Below, piece after piece: positions 51,156-63,020 of a DNA stretch of 64,000 nt; position 1 is the first letter of the stretch; each line of letters starts with the position of its first letter. The notes under the pieces were generated by a model, which was not told the DNA's origin, ran no database searches, and saw nothing but the letters and a program-made list of their open reading frames with translations. Source of the DNA: Eledone cirrhosa (taxonomy: Eukaryota). The stretch covers positions 221,030,001-221,094,000 of the forward strand of contig OZ024740.1 of NCBI GenBank assembly GCA_964016885.1, written 5' to 3'. A program made the position numbers and the translations under genes.

Positions 51156-51273
51156 ATATTCATTTTATTTGGGCTAAATAGTGAGTTTTGTTACTCTGGA
51201 GGTTTCACCTGGGATAAACAGGTGAAACTTCAGAATAACAAGACTCATTATTTAGCCTTAATAAAATGAATAT
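51156..51273. repeat. Fold-back palindrome F9 (~55-bp arms, 7-nt loop)
   Basis: atattcattttatt...gtttcacctg ggataaa caggtgaaac...aataaaatgaatat. Confidence 0.9.
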
Positions 51274-51274
51274 A

Positions 51275-51974
51275 TCATCATCATCACCATTTTACGTCCG
51301 TTCTTCCACGCTAGCATGGGTTAGACGGGTTATCCTGTTGTGGGCAGTGTCTGGTCGGCTAACCATGCCTTGCTCATACAGGAACTGATTTGGCTTGATT
51401 TCTACAGCTGGATGCCCTTCCTAACACCAACCTCATTTACAGTGAGTGCTGGGTGCTTTTTCGTGGCGCCTACACGTCCACTTTACAGTGTGGGCTGGGT
51501 GCTTTTTTGCCGTGGCACCTCCACGACCACCTTGCAGTGGGGGGTATGGGGGCATATTGTCTATATGCTTCAGCTTGTACCCATGGGAGGCCGGGTACTC
51601 TGTATTACTGCGTGACGCCAGAGGTCACGGTCGTGTGTCATCGCCTTTGAGAGGTGTAATTGGGTAAGGTCGGCTTTTATCATCTCATCCCAGGTCATCT
51701 TGGGTCTCCCCACTCCGTGCTTTCCATCGACTTCTAGTGCTCTGCACCTTTTTATGCAGCTGTCATCCTTCATACGCATCACATGTCCATACCAACGCAA
51801 CCGCCTCTCTTGCACACAGCATTTGATTCCTCTTATGCTCAGTCTCTCTCTCAATTCATTTATGCTTTGTCGTTCGCGTATATTACTATTACACATCCAT
51901 CGGAGCATGCAGGCTTCGTTTCTCTCTAATCTACGTAAGTCTTCCACCTTCAGCGCCCAGGTCTCACTACCATG
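51275..51974 (-). mobile_element. RTE LINE 3' fragment, near-identical to 60536-61234
   Basis: HGSETW...RRLRWYGHV ORF, same 3' UTR and (GAT)n tail. Confidence 0.95.
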
Positions 51975-53211
51975 GCCTCTGTTTCCAGGTTTGTCTAGTT
52001 CTGACTGTGAGGTCGCTGACAACTAAGCTATGTTGGGATGTACATTCCTCACTAGGGAAGGCTTTTGTGTTTACGATAGTCCATCTGTCACGTCCTCTGA
52101 CGAGGATAAAATCTATCTGACTAGAATGCTCCCCTGATCTATAGGTGATCAGGTGGTTGTCGGGTTTTTTTAATATTTATATATACCGTTTATATATACC
52201 GTCTAACCCATGCTAGCGTGGAAGATGCACGTTAAACGATGATGATGATGATATATATATATATATAAAGAGGGAGACACAAAGCAGGCTTTGTTTAGAA
52301 ACGGCTAGCGAATTTGAAAATTAGGTAGTAACGTGTTTTCATCGTATATGACTAACAGACTAATTCTATTTAGTCAAATACGGCGTAAGCACATATTACT
52401 ACCTAACATATATATATATATATATATATAATCATTAGTAATTGACTCTCAATATTGAATATGCCAACATCCACTTCCACTATATAAAAACAACAACAAT
52501 AATACTTTCAAAAATTCATATAAATATCCAACTTATAAAATTTATCTCATATTCATATTGATGTTTAAATCATATAAAAGTAATAGTTTCTAACAATGGA
52601 ATAAGGTTGATTAAATTGACCCCAAGACTTCACTGCTACTTTATTTTACTGACCCTGGAAACATGAAAAGTAAAGCCGATATCAGTGTGATTTGAACTCA
52701 GAATGCAAAGGACGGTAACTAAATACCAGAAAGCATTTTGTCTGAAACTTCAATGATTATTTTAAAACTTTCCATCATAATTTTATGTAAGAACCTTTGT
52801 TAAGTTAGGTGTCAAACACCAATAATGAAAAAGTTAGTTATATTATTTAATCCTTGATTATTTTCAAAATTATTTGAAAATCATAGGTAACAAAAAGATT
52901 TATGTAAATATTAGATTTATGATATCTAATTAAATATCTTTTTAAACAATTGCACTATGATTCTATTGTATTATTATAATATATTTATACTATTGCTATG
53001 GCTATGGACACTTTGCAATAAATGATGCTTATAGCAAGAAATGGAGATTAATTGAAGATCTATTCAGCCTGAAGAGCCTGACTCAACAGCCATTCAAATG
53101 GACACTCACCACTTGAAACTGACTGTATTACTCTCGTGAAGAAACTCAACCAATTCATCTATCTATCTATGTATGTATCTATCTATATGTGTATATATAT
53201 ATGTATATGTG

Positions 53212-53253
<42 letters not shown>

Positions 53254-53262
53254 ATGTGTAAT

Positions 53263-53731
53263 ATCAAAATTGAAAGAAGTTACGGAGTAGGTAGACCCAG
53301 AAAAACCTGGGGCGACATGATAAAATCTGACCTTGCACACTTACACCTCTGGATTGAGACCTTTGGCGCTATGCAGTAATGCAGAAGACCTGCCTTCCCT
53401 ATGTACAAAGTTAAACCTACAGTCAGGAGGCACCTCTTAACCAAATATACACATCAACCCACTACCCCTACTCCCACACCACCCTTTCTCTGTAAAGTTA
53501 TGTTGGTACCACAGAACATCCAGTCCAAACTAAAGAGGTTGTGTAGGTGTCATGACAAAAAGCACCCAGTCAACACTGTAAAGTGGTCGTGTAGGAGACA
53601 CGGTAAAAAGGTTACCAGTCCACACTGTAAATGTGGTTGGTGTTAGGAAGGGCATCCAGCCTCAAGTGGGACAATTTCCGTCTAACCCATGCTAGCGTGG
53701 AAGATAGATGTTAAACGATGATGATGATGAT
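53263..53731 (+). mobile_element. RTE 3' end
   Basis: Similar to 25215-25746. Confidence 0.85.
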
Positions 53732-55866
53732 ATAAAACTGAATTCATATAACTGATATAATAAATTGTGTTCTTTTTTGTTCAATATATATATATATATA
53801 ATATTGTACATGCTATTGTAGTTAAAAATTACAATCATTATGGCCAACCATGAATTTAAAGAAGACAGAACAAAGCAAAAATAAATAAATAAATAAATAA
53901 ATAAATAAAAGCAAAATAATGCCAGCATAGAAAATATAATGCTGTAATCATTGCTAATACAGTTGAGAAATATATTGTGAGCTGTATGAGATATTAGAGA
54001 AAGAAAGAGCAATAATTTTTATTGGTCATAATAACAACTTATGTAGATCTCTCTAGTGTCTGTTTCATGTAGCAATTGACAGTCTACTGGCAACAACCAG
54101 TTACATAATTTCTTTTATTATAACAATGAGACTCCAAGGAGGATTGATCAAAACAAATTCCTCAAGAATAACAAAAAGTTTTACATGAAAAGTAAATAAA
54201 AATTGTTTGCAAAATATCGCTAAATTCTCAATATATTGCCAGTTTCTTTTTTTTTTTTATTCTTTTATTGAGAGTAGAAAAATATAACCTATAAACTTGG
54301 AAGGGTCGAAATGGAAAGCTTATGGGCGATCATATTTTCTTTGATGTAATAAAGATATTCAAGCTAGTGGAACATTGGCTTAGATTTAGAATCCACATTA
54401 TTCTAAGTTCAAACGTTGCTATTATCAACTCAGCCTGTTATTACTTACCCAGTGGAGTTGATGAAATAACTACCAATCACAAACTGGAGTCAATTCAACA
54501 GTGAATTGGCAGAATCATTGAAGCATTGAACAAAATGCCTTGCAGTCAATGTCTCTAATTTTTTGCAACCACTGATCAGAACTTTTGATGCTTAGAGCAA
54601 AAATTATTTTAAATTCAAAGCGGCAACATTTCAAAGCTACCGAGCAGCAAGATTTTGATATGGTTGACACCATTTCAGTATTAGTGCAGTTGCAAACCCA
54701 TGCAACTAAAGGAAAGCATTGTTTGTAACATATAGTTATGGCTCTGTATGAATTCAAATGCCAGTGATTTCAACATTAATCCTTCTGGGGTTAATAAAAT
54801 AAAGTATCACACATATATTAGAATTGATTTCTATTTCTATAATGCACTGTAGAAAGCATGTGGTTTAGTGGTTAGAACATTGGGTTCACAATCATGAGGT
54901 TGTGAGTTTGATTCCCAGACTGGGCAGTGCATTGTGTCAGTTCACTCAGTAGGAGAAATGAGTTGTAACATCACTGGTGCTAAGCTGTATTGGTCTTTCC
55001 CTTTCCCTTGCACAGCATCAGTGGTGTGGAAAGGGAAGACTGACATGCATGGACGACTGCTGATTTAAAAAAAAAACCTTGCCTGGGTTTGTGCCTCAGA
55101 GGGGGACTTTCTAGGTGTAAAACCCCATGGTCATTCATGACTGAAGGCGGTCTTTATTCTTTAATGCATCATAGATGCATTATAGAAGTTGACAGAAATA
55201 CTTGCTCTAGCTGGAGCAACATGTACTTTGGTGAAGGTGAAGAAATACATCCTAGATATAAATGGAATTATAAAAGAAGACTGACTACATGCCTCTTCTA
55301 TAGAAATTGTTTTCTACCTAAGTACTAATTACTTGGTACTTTTGTAGTTTAAAAATTAATTAAAAAATTTGTTGTAAATTAAGTAAAAAAAAAAAGTAAT
55401 GTTACTTAATACAGTATATTGAGAAGGAGATATATTTAGAAAAAGAAGGAAGAACTTAGATTGTCGCCATAATAATTATAATAATTCAGCATGCTTCCAT
55501 AATTAACCATAATTCTTCATGTTCTTTTAACTCTTTTGAAATAGGGTTTTTTCTCCAAAATATATCAAGAACCAATTAAATAGTTCTGAGGTATCATTTC
55601 AATATGTTTGTTATTGTTACTTTTTATATTTAATATTCTATTTGCAGTGCAGCAATTTTCTAATAAAAAAAGAAATATAACGTTTTCTACATATTCCGCA
55701 ATGCTTCAAGCAAACACACACTTTTTTTTTTTACTGATTTCAGTCATTAAACTGCAGTCATGCTGTGGCACTACTGCCTTGAAGGGATTTAGTCAATCAT
55801 ATCGACCCCAGTACTTATTTTTAAATCTGGTACGTATTTTATTGAACATTATTTGTTGAACTGCCA

Positions 55867-56053
55867 TAGGCGGTGGATTGGCAGTATCGGTAGAGGGTTG
55901 GACGCCATGCCTTCCAGCATAGTTACGTCCCTTTACGATCTGAGTTCAAATCCCACCGAGGTTGACTTTGCCTTTCATCCTTACGGGGTCGATAAAATAA
56001 AGTACCAGTAATGCACTGGGTAATTGCTGGCCTTGTGCCTAAAGTAGAAACAA
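55867..56053 (+). mobile_element. SINE family A
   Basis: TSD attatttgttgaactgc. Confidence 0.9.
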
Positions 56054-56780
56054 TTATTTGTTGAACTGCTAATTTCCAGACATAGACATATAGTAAATGT
56101 ATATGCATACACATATCTATCTACTTCTCTGTCAGTTGGTGTCTATCTACTAAGCTACCATTCTCTGTATATATATATATAAGGAAAATGTTGAAGTTTC
56201 ATTTATATGTATTTATGGGTTTTTTTATGTATTGACCTGTTACATGTTTCACAGAGGATTGACTCAAGGTCATCCATGGGAGCTATGGACCCAACTCCAG
56301 TATTGATCTGCTTGTTAGACTGGCGATTTAACAAAAAATAAAATGCAATTCACTGAATCACATACACTATATATCATCATCACCACAGTTTTTATGTCTG
56401 TTTTCCACGTTTGCATGAGTTGGATGGATCTTTTCAGCACAGTATCTCTCCACTCGTTGCATTTCTTCATCATCTCCACTGTGAGTCTCAGCAATTTGAG
56501 GTCAGCTCTCACCGTAAGCAAATACATATATATAAACAGGTTGCTTTTATAGTTTCTGCCTAGCAAATTCACTCACAAGGTATTAATCAACCCAAGGTTG
56601 ATTAATGGAGTCTGAAACCATGTGGCTGCAAAGCAGATTCCTTAGCCACACAACCAACAACCATGCCTGTGCTTAGAGATTAGATTAAATTTTGACAGCA
56701 CCCATCACCTGTGTGTCCATTGCATTTTTTATATTTCTTGAATTTTATTGAATCTAGTAGAGTTAGTGTGAGTTTGCTTA

Positions 56781-57000
56781 CCCTTTAGCATTCACATTAC
56801 TCTATATATACTATTATATTTTCATGGTAAATGCTTTATCTCGCATAATTATCTCACATAATATCGAATCTATGAGATTTTGAAAGTATTTATTTTGAGA
56901 ACAATACCTTAACATCAGTTTGAGTGACCAGTTACAGCCAGTTTCAACAGAAAAAGGTAGAGAATTCTGGCTGGTTTTGGGTGGTTTGAACATTAAAGGG
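56781..57000. mobile_element. piggyBac-like (TTAA) MITE, uninterrupted copy
   Basis: ccctttagca...cattaaaggg|ttaa. Confidence 0.8.
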
Positions 57001-57232
57001 TTAACAGAAAAATGTCTATTTTTAGATGCTGTCTGGTATCAATCAGATAGTTTTATTTAGTTGTAATAGAATATCTTAGCTACATCAGATCTTTGTGTAA
57101 GAGATAGCCAAGCTTATATGTCCTTTAATTAATTGAATAACTGTTTAAGACCACCAAATTATTGTGGGCAGATAACCCACTCCTTAATGCTTCTTTTTTG
57201 TCAATCAAATTTTGCTGATATACTTTCATTAT

Positions 57233-57535
57233 TGTAGATTGGCAGTATCGGTAGAGTCGGATGCCATGCTTTCCAGCATAGTTATGTCCCTTTACGGTCT
57301 GAGTTCAAATCCCGCCGAGGTTAACTTTGCCTTTCATCCTTACAGGGTCGATAAAATAAAGTACCAGTAATGTACTGGGTATTTGCTGGCCTTGTGCCAA
57401 AAGTAGAAACAATTATTAACTGTTTTGTTAAATCCCGCCGAGGTTAACTTTGCCTTTCATCGTTACAGGGTCGATAAAATAAAGTACTAGTAATACACTG
57501 GAATAATTGCTGGCCTTGTGCCAAAAGTAGAAACA
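57233..57535 (+). mobile_element. Two tandem SINE family A copies
   Basis: TSD attattaactgttttgt around the second copy. Confidence 0.9.
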
Positions 57536-58529
57536 ATTATTAACTGTTTTGTGACCACATGCAATGTATTTCAATTCATTAATGAAGAATTTGTAGGATT
57601 TTCTAAAATTATTAATTATTTTATTTTAATGATAATATTTGTAAAATAATTCAACAAAAGGTCCGTATATTCATTTTTTTTAATGAGTGATTCTGACAGT
57701 TTTGGTTGGGTTGGCATCGAAAGGTTTAAAACCAAATAAAAAGAAGACGATAAAAAGTAATTGAAGTTTCTATCACCATCATCAACACAATCATTCCAAT
57801 TCTACAATGAGAATGCTTTCTTTAATTCGTTGGTTTCAATGGATAAACCTAACATTATAACTCTGAAGACCTTGATGAAGATTTCAGGTTTAAACAATGA
57901 CAAAACTAATAGTTTCAACTCCTCATGCTTGACAAATCTCAATTTGATTTCATGTTTTTTTTTTATATATACCAAATCTATTGGCCAACATCCAAACTAA
58001 ATAGGTTTAATGAGCTGACACAAAAGCTTGTATGTTTATTACAACTACCAAAGATTCTGTTCAGTTCTCTACTTCATTTTATCATTGGAAATATCTAGAC
58101 AGAATGGAATTCAGTGGTGAAAATGGTAAACTTTCATCTTCAAGCTGCCAAGTTTAAATTCTGTCAGAATATCTACAATTAAACAAAAGTAGGCACAAGG
58201 GTAATAGTAATAATTCCTCAACTTTTGGGATTTTTAATTAAAAGTCACTCCTAAAAAGGCAGCAAGGAACCAGCAACAACTTACAAAATCAAATCAGAAA
58301 AAGAGAATTTAATGAGATGCTGCCTTTGAAATTAGAAAACCACTGGCAGAACATTTTAAAGCATAAAGATTATACCCAACAAGGAAACAAGTAGAAAGGT
58401 GGGAGCTCCATTAGACAGACATTTGAGGAAAGAAACTACTAGAGTAGGAACTCTACTAATAGCAGGGAGTACAGCTACAATGAAAGGATAAGAATTAGAA
58501 AGATAAGTATCTCAATTAGCATACAGATA

Positions 58530-58975
58530 CACATTCACACACACACGCAATATATATATATAAATACACACATACACATACAAATGCACACACACACGCA
58601 ATATATATATATATATAAATACAAACATACACATACAAATGCACACACACACACACACGCAATATATATATATAAATACACACATACACATACAAATGCA
58701 CAATATATATATATATAAATACACACATACACATACAAATGCACACACACACAATATATATATATAAATACACACATAAATACAAATGCACACACACACA
58801 CATACATATATATATTTATACACACACATATAAATACATACACATATAAATACATACACACACATATATACACACATACATACACACACACATATATATA
58901 TATAAATATATACATTTATACAAATTCACATACACATATATATATATAAATAAATACATATATACAAATGCACAT
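58530..58975. repeat. Compound (CA)/(TA) microsatellite with a ~45-50-bp higher-order unit
   Basis: Unit cacacacgcaatatatatatataaatacacacatacacatacaaatg repeated about five times. Confidence 0.9.
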
Positions 58976-59055
58976 ATCGTCATCATATGTCCACTTTTCC
59001 CTGCTTGCAAGGGTACACACATATATAAATACACACACACACATATATATATATA

Positions 59056-59419
59056 TCATCATCATCATCATCATCGTTTAACGTCCATATTCCACGCTTG
59101 CATGGGTTTGGACAGGAGTTTTCCCACTTGAGGCAAGAGTGGTTGTCTTGCTCGCATAGGACTGTCTGGCGGGTTTTCTATGGCTGGATGCCCTTCCTAA
59201 CACCAACCACATTTACAGTGTGGACTGGGAGGTTTTAACCGTGTTACCTACACGGCCACATTACAGCGTGGACTGTGTTTTTTTTGGTCGTGACACCTAC
59301 ACGACCTCATTTGTTTCGGGCTGGATGTTGTGGTACCAACATAACTTTACATTGAAGGGGTGGTGTGGGTGGGGTGGGGGTAGTGAGACGGGGGGGTGTA
59401 TTTTGTTAGAGGTGCCTAC

Positions 59420-59420
<1 letters not shown>
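59056..59420 (-). mobile_element. RTE 3' UTR
   Basis: Reverse complement of about 63505-63880. Confidence 0.85.
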
Positions 59421-59455
<35 letters not shown>

Positions 59456-59842
59456 CATATTTTCCTATGACTTTTATTGTAAATTTTTGAATGCATGTTC
59501 TCTTTTCATAATATCTTCTATATTTGGATTACATTGAGTTCTTCATACGGACTGGACACTACCGTATATTTTGGTAGATTTATCTATCTATCTATATATA
59601 TACATAAATACACATACATACATATATATACACACACACCTCTATAAATACATACACATATATATATATATATATACGCACACCTACACAAATACACACA
59701 CATACATATATATATATGCATACACATACATGCGCGCACACACACACACACCTCTATATATACATACACATATATATATACACACACCCATACAAATACA
59801 CACACATACATATATATATATATATGCATGCACACACATGCG

Positions 59843-59878
<36 letters not shown>

Positions 59879-60137
59879 TATATATAAATAAACATATACA
59901 TATATAAGATCACATGCTCGTCATATATCAGAAGTACCATCTAGATCCTGCAAATATGGATCAAGTAGCATATGACGAGGAGTGCTTCTTCCGTTAAAAA
60001 ACATCTCGACTGATGTCACAGCCAAAACACGGATACACCATACAGGCGACAGAATGGAACCGAGACAATTTAAGAATTATAGAGACCATTATCCTCAACC
60101 AGAAAAAAAACACAAAAAAAAAAACTAGGATAAATAA

Positions 60138-60228
60138 TTGTTTCTACTTTAGGCACAAGGCCAGCAATTACCCAGTGCATTACTGGTACTTTATTTTATC
60201 TACCCCGTAAGGATGAAAGGCAAAGTCA
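60138..60228 (-). mobile_element. 5'-truncated SINE family A
   Basis: TSD aaaactaggataaataat. Confidence 0.9.
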
Positions 60229-60394
60229 AAACTAGGATAAATAATAGCTCGGAAACACACTAGGCAGAATAGTTACTGTAGCGACTTGCACATCCATATT
60301 CCAGACATGTACGCTACTTAGGGAAAAATACATTGATTGTTCACTGTCTATTTTTAACTGTTTCAGCTCTATATTTGACCTTGAAATATTTTAA

Positions 60395-62049
60395 CCCTTT
60401 AATGTTCAAACCAGCCCAAACCAGCCAGAATTCTCTACCTTTTACTGTTGAAACTGGCTGTAACTGGTCACTCAAACTGATGTTAAGGTATTGTTCTCAA
60501 AATAAATACTTTCAAAATCTCATAGATTCGATATTCATCATCATCATCGTTTTACGTCCGTTCTTCCACGCTAGCATGGGTTAGACGGGTTGTCCTGTCG
60601 TGGGCAGTGTCTGGTCGACTGACCATGCCTTGCTCATACAGGAACTGATTTGGCTTGATTTCTACAGCTGGATGCCTTTCCTAACACCAACCTCATTTAC
60701 AGTGAGTGCTGGGTGCTTTTTCGTGACGCCTACACGTCCACTTTACAGTGTGGGCTGGGTGCTTTTTTGTCGTGGCACCTCCACGACCACCTTGCAGTGG
60801 GGGGTGTGGGGGCATATTGTCTATATGCTTCAGCTTGTACCCATGGGAGGTCGGGTACTCTGTATTACTGCGTGACGCCAGACGTCACGGTCGTGTGTCA
60901 TCGCCTTTGAGAGGTGTAATTGGGTAAGGTCGGCTTTTATCACCTCATCCCAGGTCATCTTGGGTCTCCCCACTCCGCGGTTTCCATCGACTTCTAGTGC
61001 TCTGCACCTTTTTATGCAGCTGTCATCCTTCATACGCATCACATGTCCATACCAACGCAACCGCCTCTCTTGCACACAGCATTTGATTCCTCTTATGCTC
61101 AGTCTCTCTCTCAATTCATTTATGCTTTGTCGTTCGCGTATATTACTATTACACATCCATCGGAGCATGCAGGCTTCGTTTCTCTCTAATCTACGTAAGT
61201 CTTCCACCTTCAGCGCCCAGGTCTCACTACCATGTAACATTGCTGTTCGGATACACGCATCATACAGTCTGCCTTTCATTTTGAGGGAGAAGCCGTTTGC
61301 AGCTAGCAGAGGTAGTAGTTCCCCGAACTTCTTCCATCCCGTTCTTACCCTAGTTATTGTACTTTCTGAACATCCACCTCCGTTGCTAATTCGGTCACCT
61401 AGGTAGCAAAAGCTGTCTACTGTTTCTACAGAGCCTTCCCAGAGATTGGTGGTACTTGTTTCCTGTGGCTGTTTGCTGCTTGCTGTCTCAGCACAGCTGC
61501 TGCATGTGAAGCCTACATTCTTAATTAAGCTTCCTGAGATCCCGCTACATCTCTTGTGTACCCATTGTTTGCATTTGGGGCAGAGAATGGAGTTCCTACT
61601 TACACCTTTCCTACATACTGAGCAAGGCCATTTCCCTGAGGGGATCTGGGTTCTGTTTTCTCGTCTACTTACAAGGACCTTAGTCTTTGTCATGTTGACT
61701 TTGAGACCCTTTCTTTCTAGTCCCTGCTTCCAAGTTTGGAATTTCTTCTCTAGTTCTACCATAGATTCAGCTATAAGAGCGAGGTCATCAGCATACAGGA
61801 GTTCCCATGGGCATCCGGTCTTAAACTCCTCCGTTATTGCCTGCAGGAGTATGATGAACAGGAGAGGGCTAAGAACAGAGCCCTGGTGGGCCCCAACCTG
61901 TACGCTAAATTCCTCGCTATACTCATTGCTAATCCTAACTTTGCTGACTGCTCCCCTATACATGGATATTATGCGAGATAATTATGTGAGATAAAGCATT
62001 TACCATGAAAATATAATAGTATATATAGAGTAATGTGAATGCTAAAGGG
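60395..62049. mobile_element. piggyBac-like MITE, inverted relative to 56781-57000 and split by the RTE insertion
   Basis: TTAA at 60391-60394 and 62050-62053; both halves match 56781-57000. Confidence 0.85.
60536..61964 (-). mobile_element. 5'-truncated young RTE LINE, open ORF 60830-61963 (RT C-half with PHD-like finger)
   Basis: QGSVLSPLLF, LLYADD, YLG, LHGSETW, RRLRWYGHV motifs. (GAT)n tail. 6-bp TSD gatatt at 60530-60535 and 61965-61970. Confidence 0.95.
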
Positions 62050-62519
62050 TTAAAATACACTGGGTAAAATATTACTTTGTTTTGTTTTATTTGTCATTAT
62101 TTGCCCTTCGTATTTTTCTACTGCATTGTACTGGGTTTTTGAAAATCATCAGTCTTTTACTACATATATATATATATATATATATATGTATATCATCATC
62201 ATCGTTTAACGTCTATCTTCCACACTAGCATGGGTTAGACGATTTTGTTCCATTTGATGAGGGAATGGTCGGGAGATCATGTCTCGTTCATACACAATGA
62301 TGGACTCTCGCATCGTGTTCAATGCATGAGTGCCAGAATATTTTACTTTCCTTTTACTCCACATTATAGTGTTTGTGTCTTCTGTGAGACACTAAACCTA
62401 CCCTCCTTTTGCAAACCAGTCTATACCCATCACATACAAATTGTTGAACAGTAACTGAATTCCTTGCCTTAGATCCCCTACTTGCTCAATCATTGTGTTG
62501 ACATGGGTCCTGATGCAAT

Positions 62520-63020
62520 TTTGATTTTCCTCCACCTATAACGGTCAGCAACACATTCCTCAAATTCTGATGGTTGTATTCCAAGATGTTTGACATCATT
62601 CTTCAGTTTATCCACATAAAGTTGGCCATAAGTAAGAATTTTAGACAGTCTTTCATCATTCATCCTAGGAACATGGCCAGCCCATCCTTATTGAGAGTTT
62701 ATTAAAAAGACCTCTATGCTTTGTATATTACATTTACTAAACAATTGTTCATTAAAGACTATGTCCTTTCACGTGAAACCATAAATATTTCTGAGACATA
62801 TTTTGTGGAAAGCAAGTAGCTGTGTAATATGTTTTCTATATGATGCCATACAGCAATGTTGAGATGACAACTGCATGGTAAACTGAGATTTTGGTTTTCA
62901 AGCTAAATCACCTCTCTTTCTATACTCTTGCTTGCAGCTTTCCGTAGGCATCACTAGCTTTGGCGATCCTATTTACTGTTTCATTGTTTAAAGAAACATT
63001 AGAATTGATTTTACTTAAGT
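62520..63020 (-). mobile_element. Decayed RTE (BovB-like) fragment, head-to-head with 63021-63883
   Basis: YLS..NNETVNRIAKASDAYGKL..RV translation; GWAGHVPRMNDERL further on. Confidence 0.7.

Noticed and set aside
53061-53135. CTGAAGA...GAAAC-tgact-GTA as a hammerhead (likewise 37850-37890 minus and 26260-26320)
   Set aside because: Stems I and II do not pair convincingly; at most highly decayed relics.
58512-59940. Cys/Val/Tyr/Ile/His/Thr-rich ORFs
   Set aside because: Translations of (CA)/(TA) microsatellites.
5180-60228. tRNA-like box A/B motifs as tRNA genes; recurring SINEs as a CRISPR-like array
   Set aside because: They are dispersed SINE heads with TSDs; no cloverleaf and no regular repeat-spacer period.
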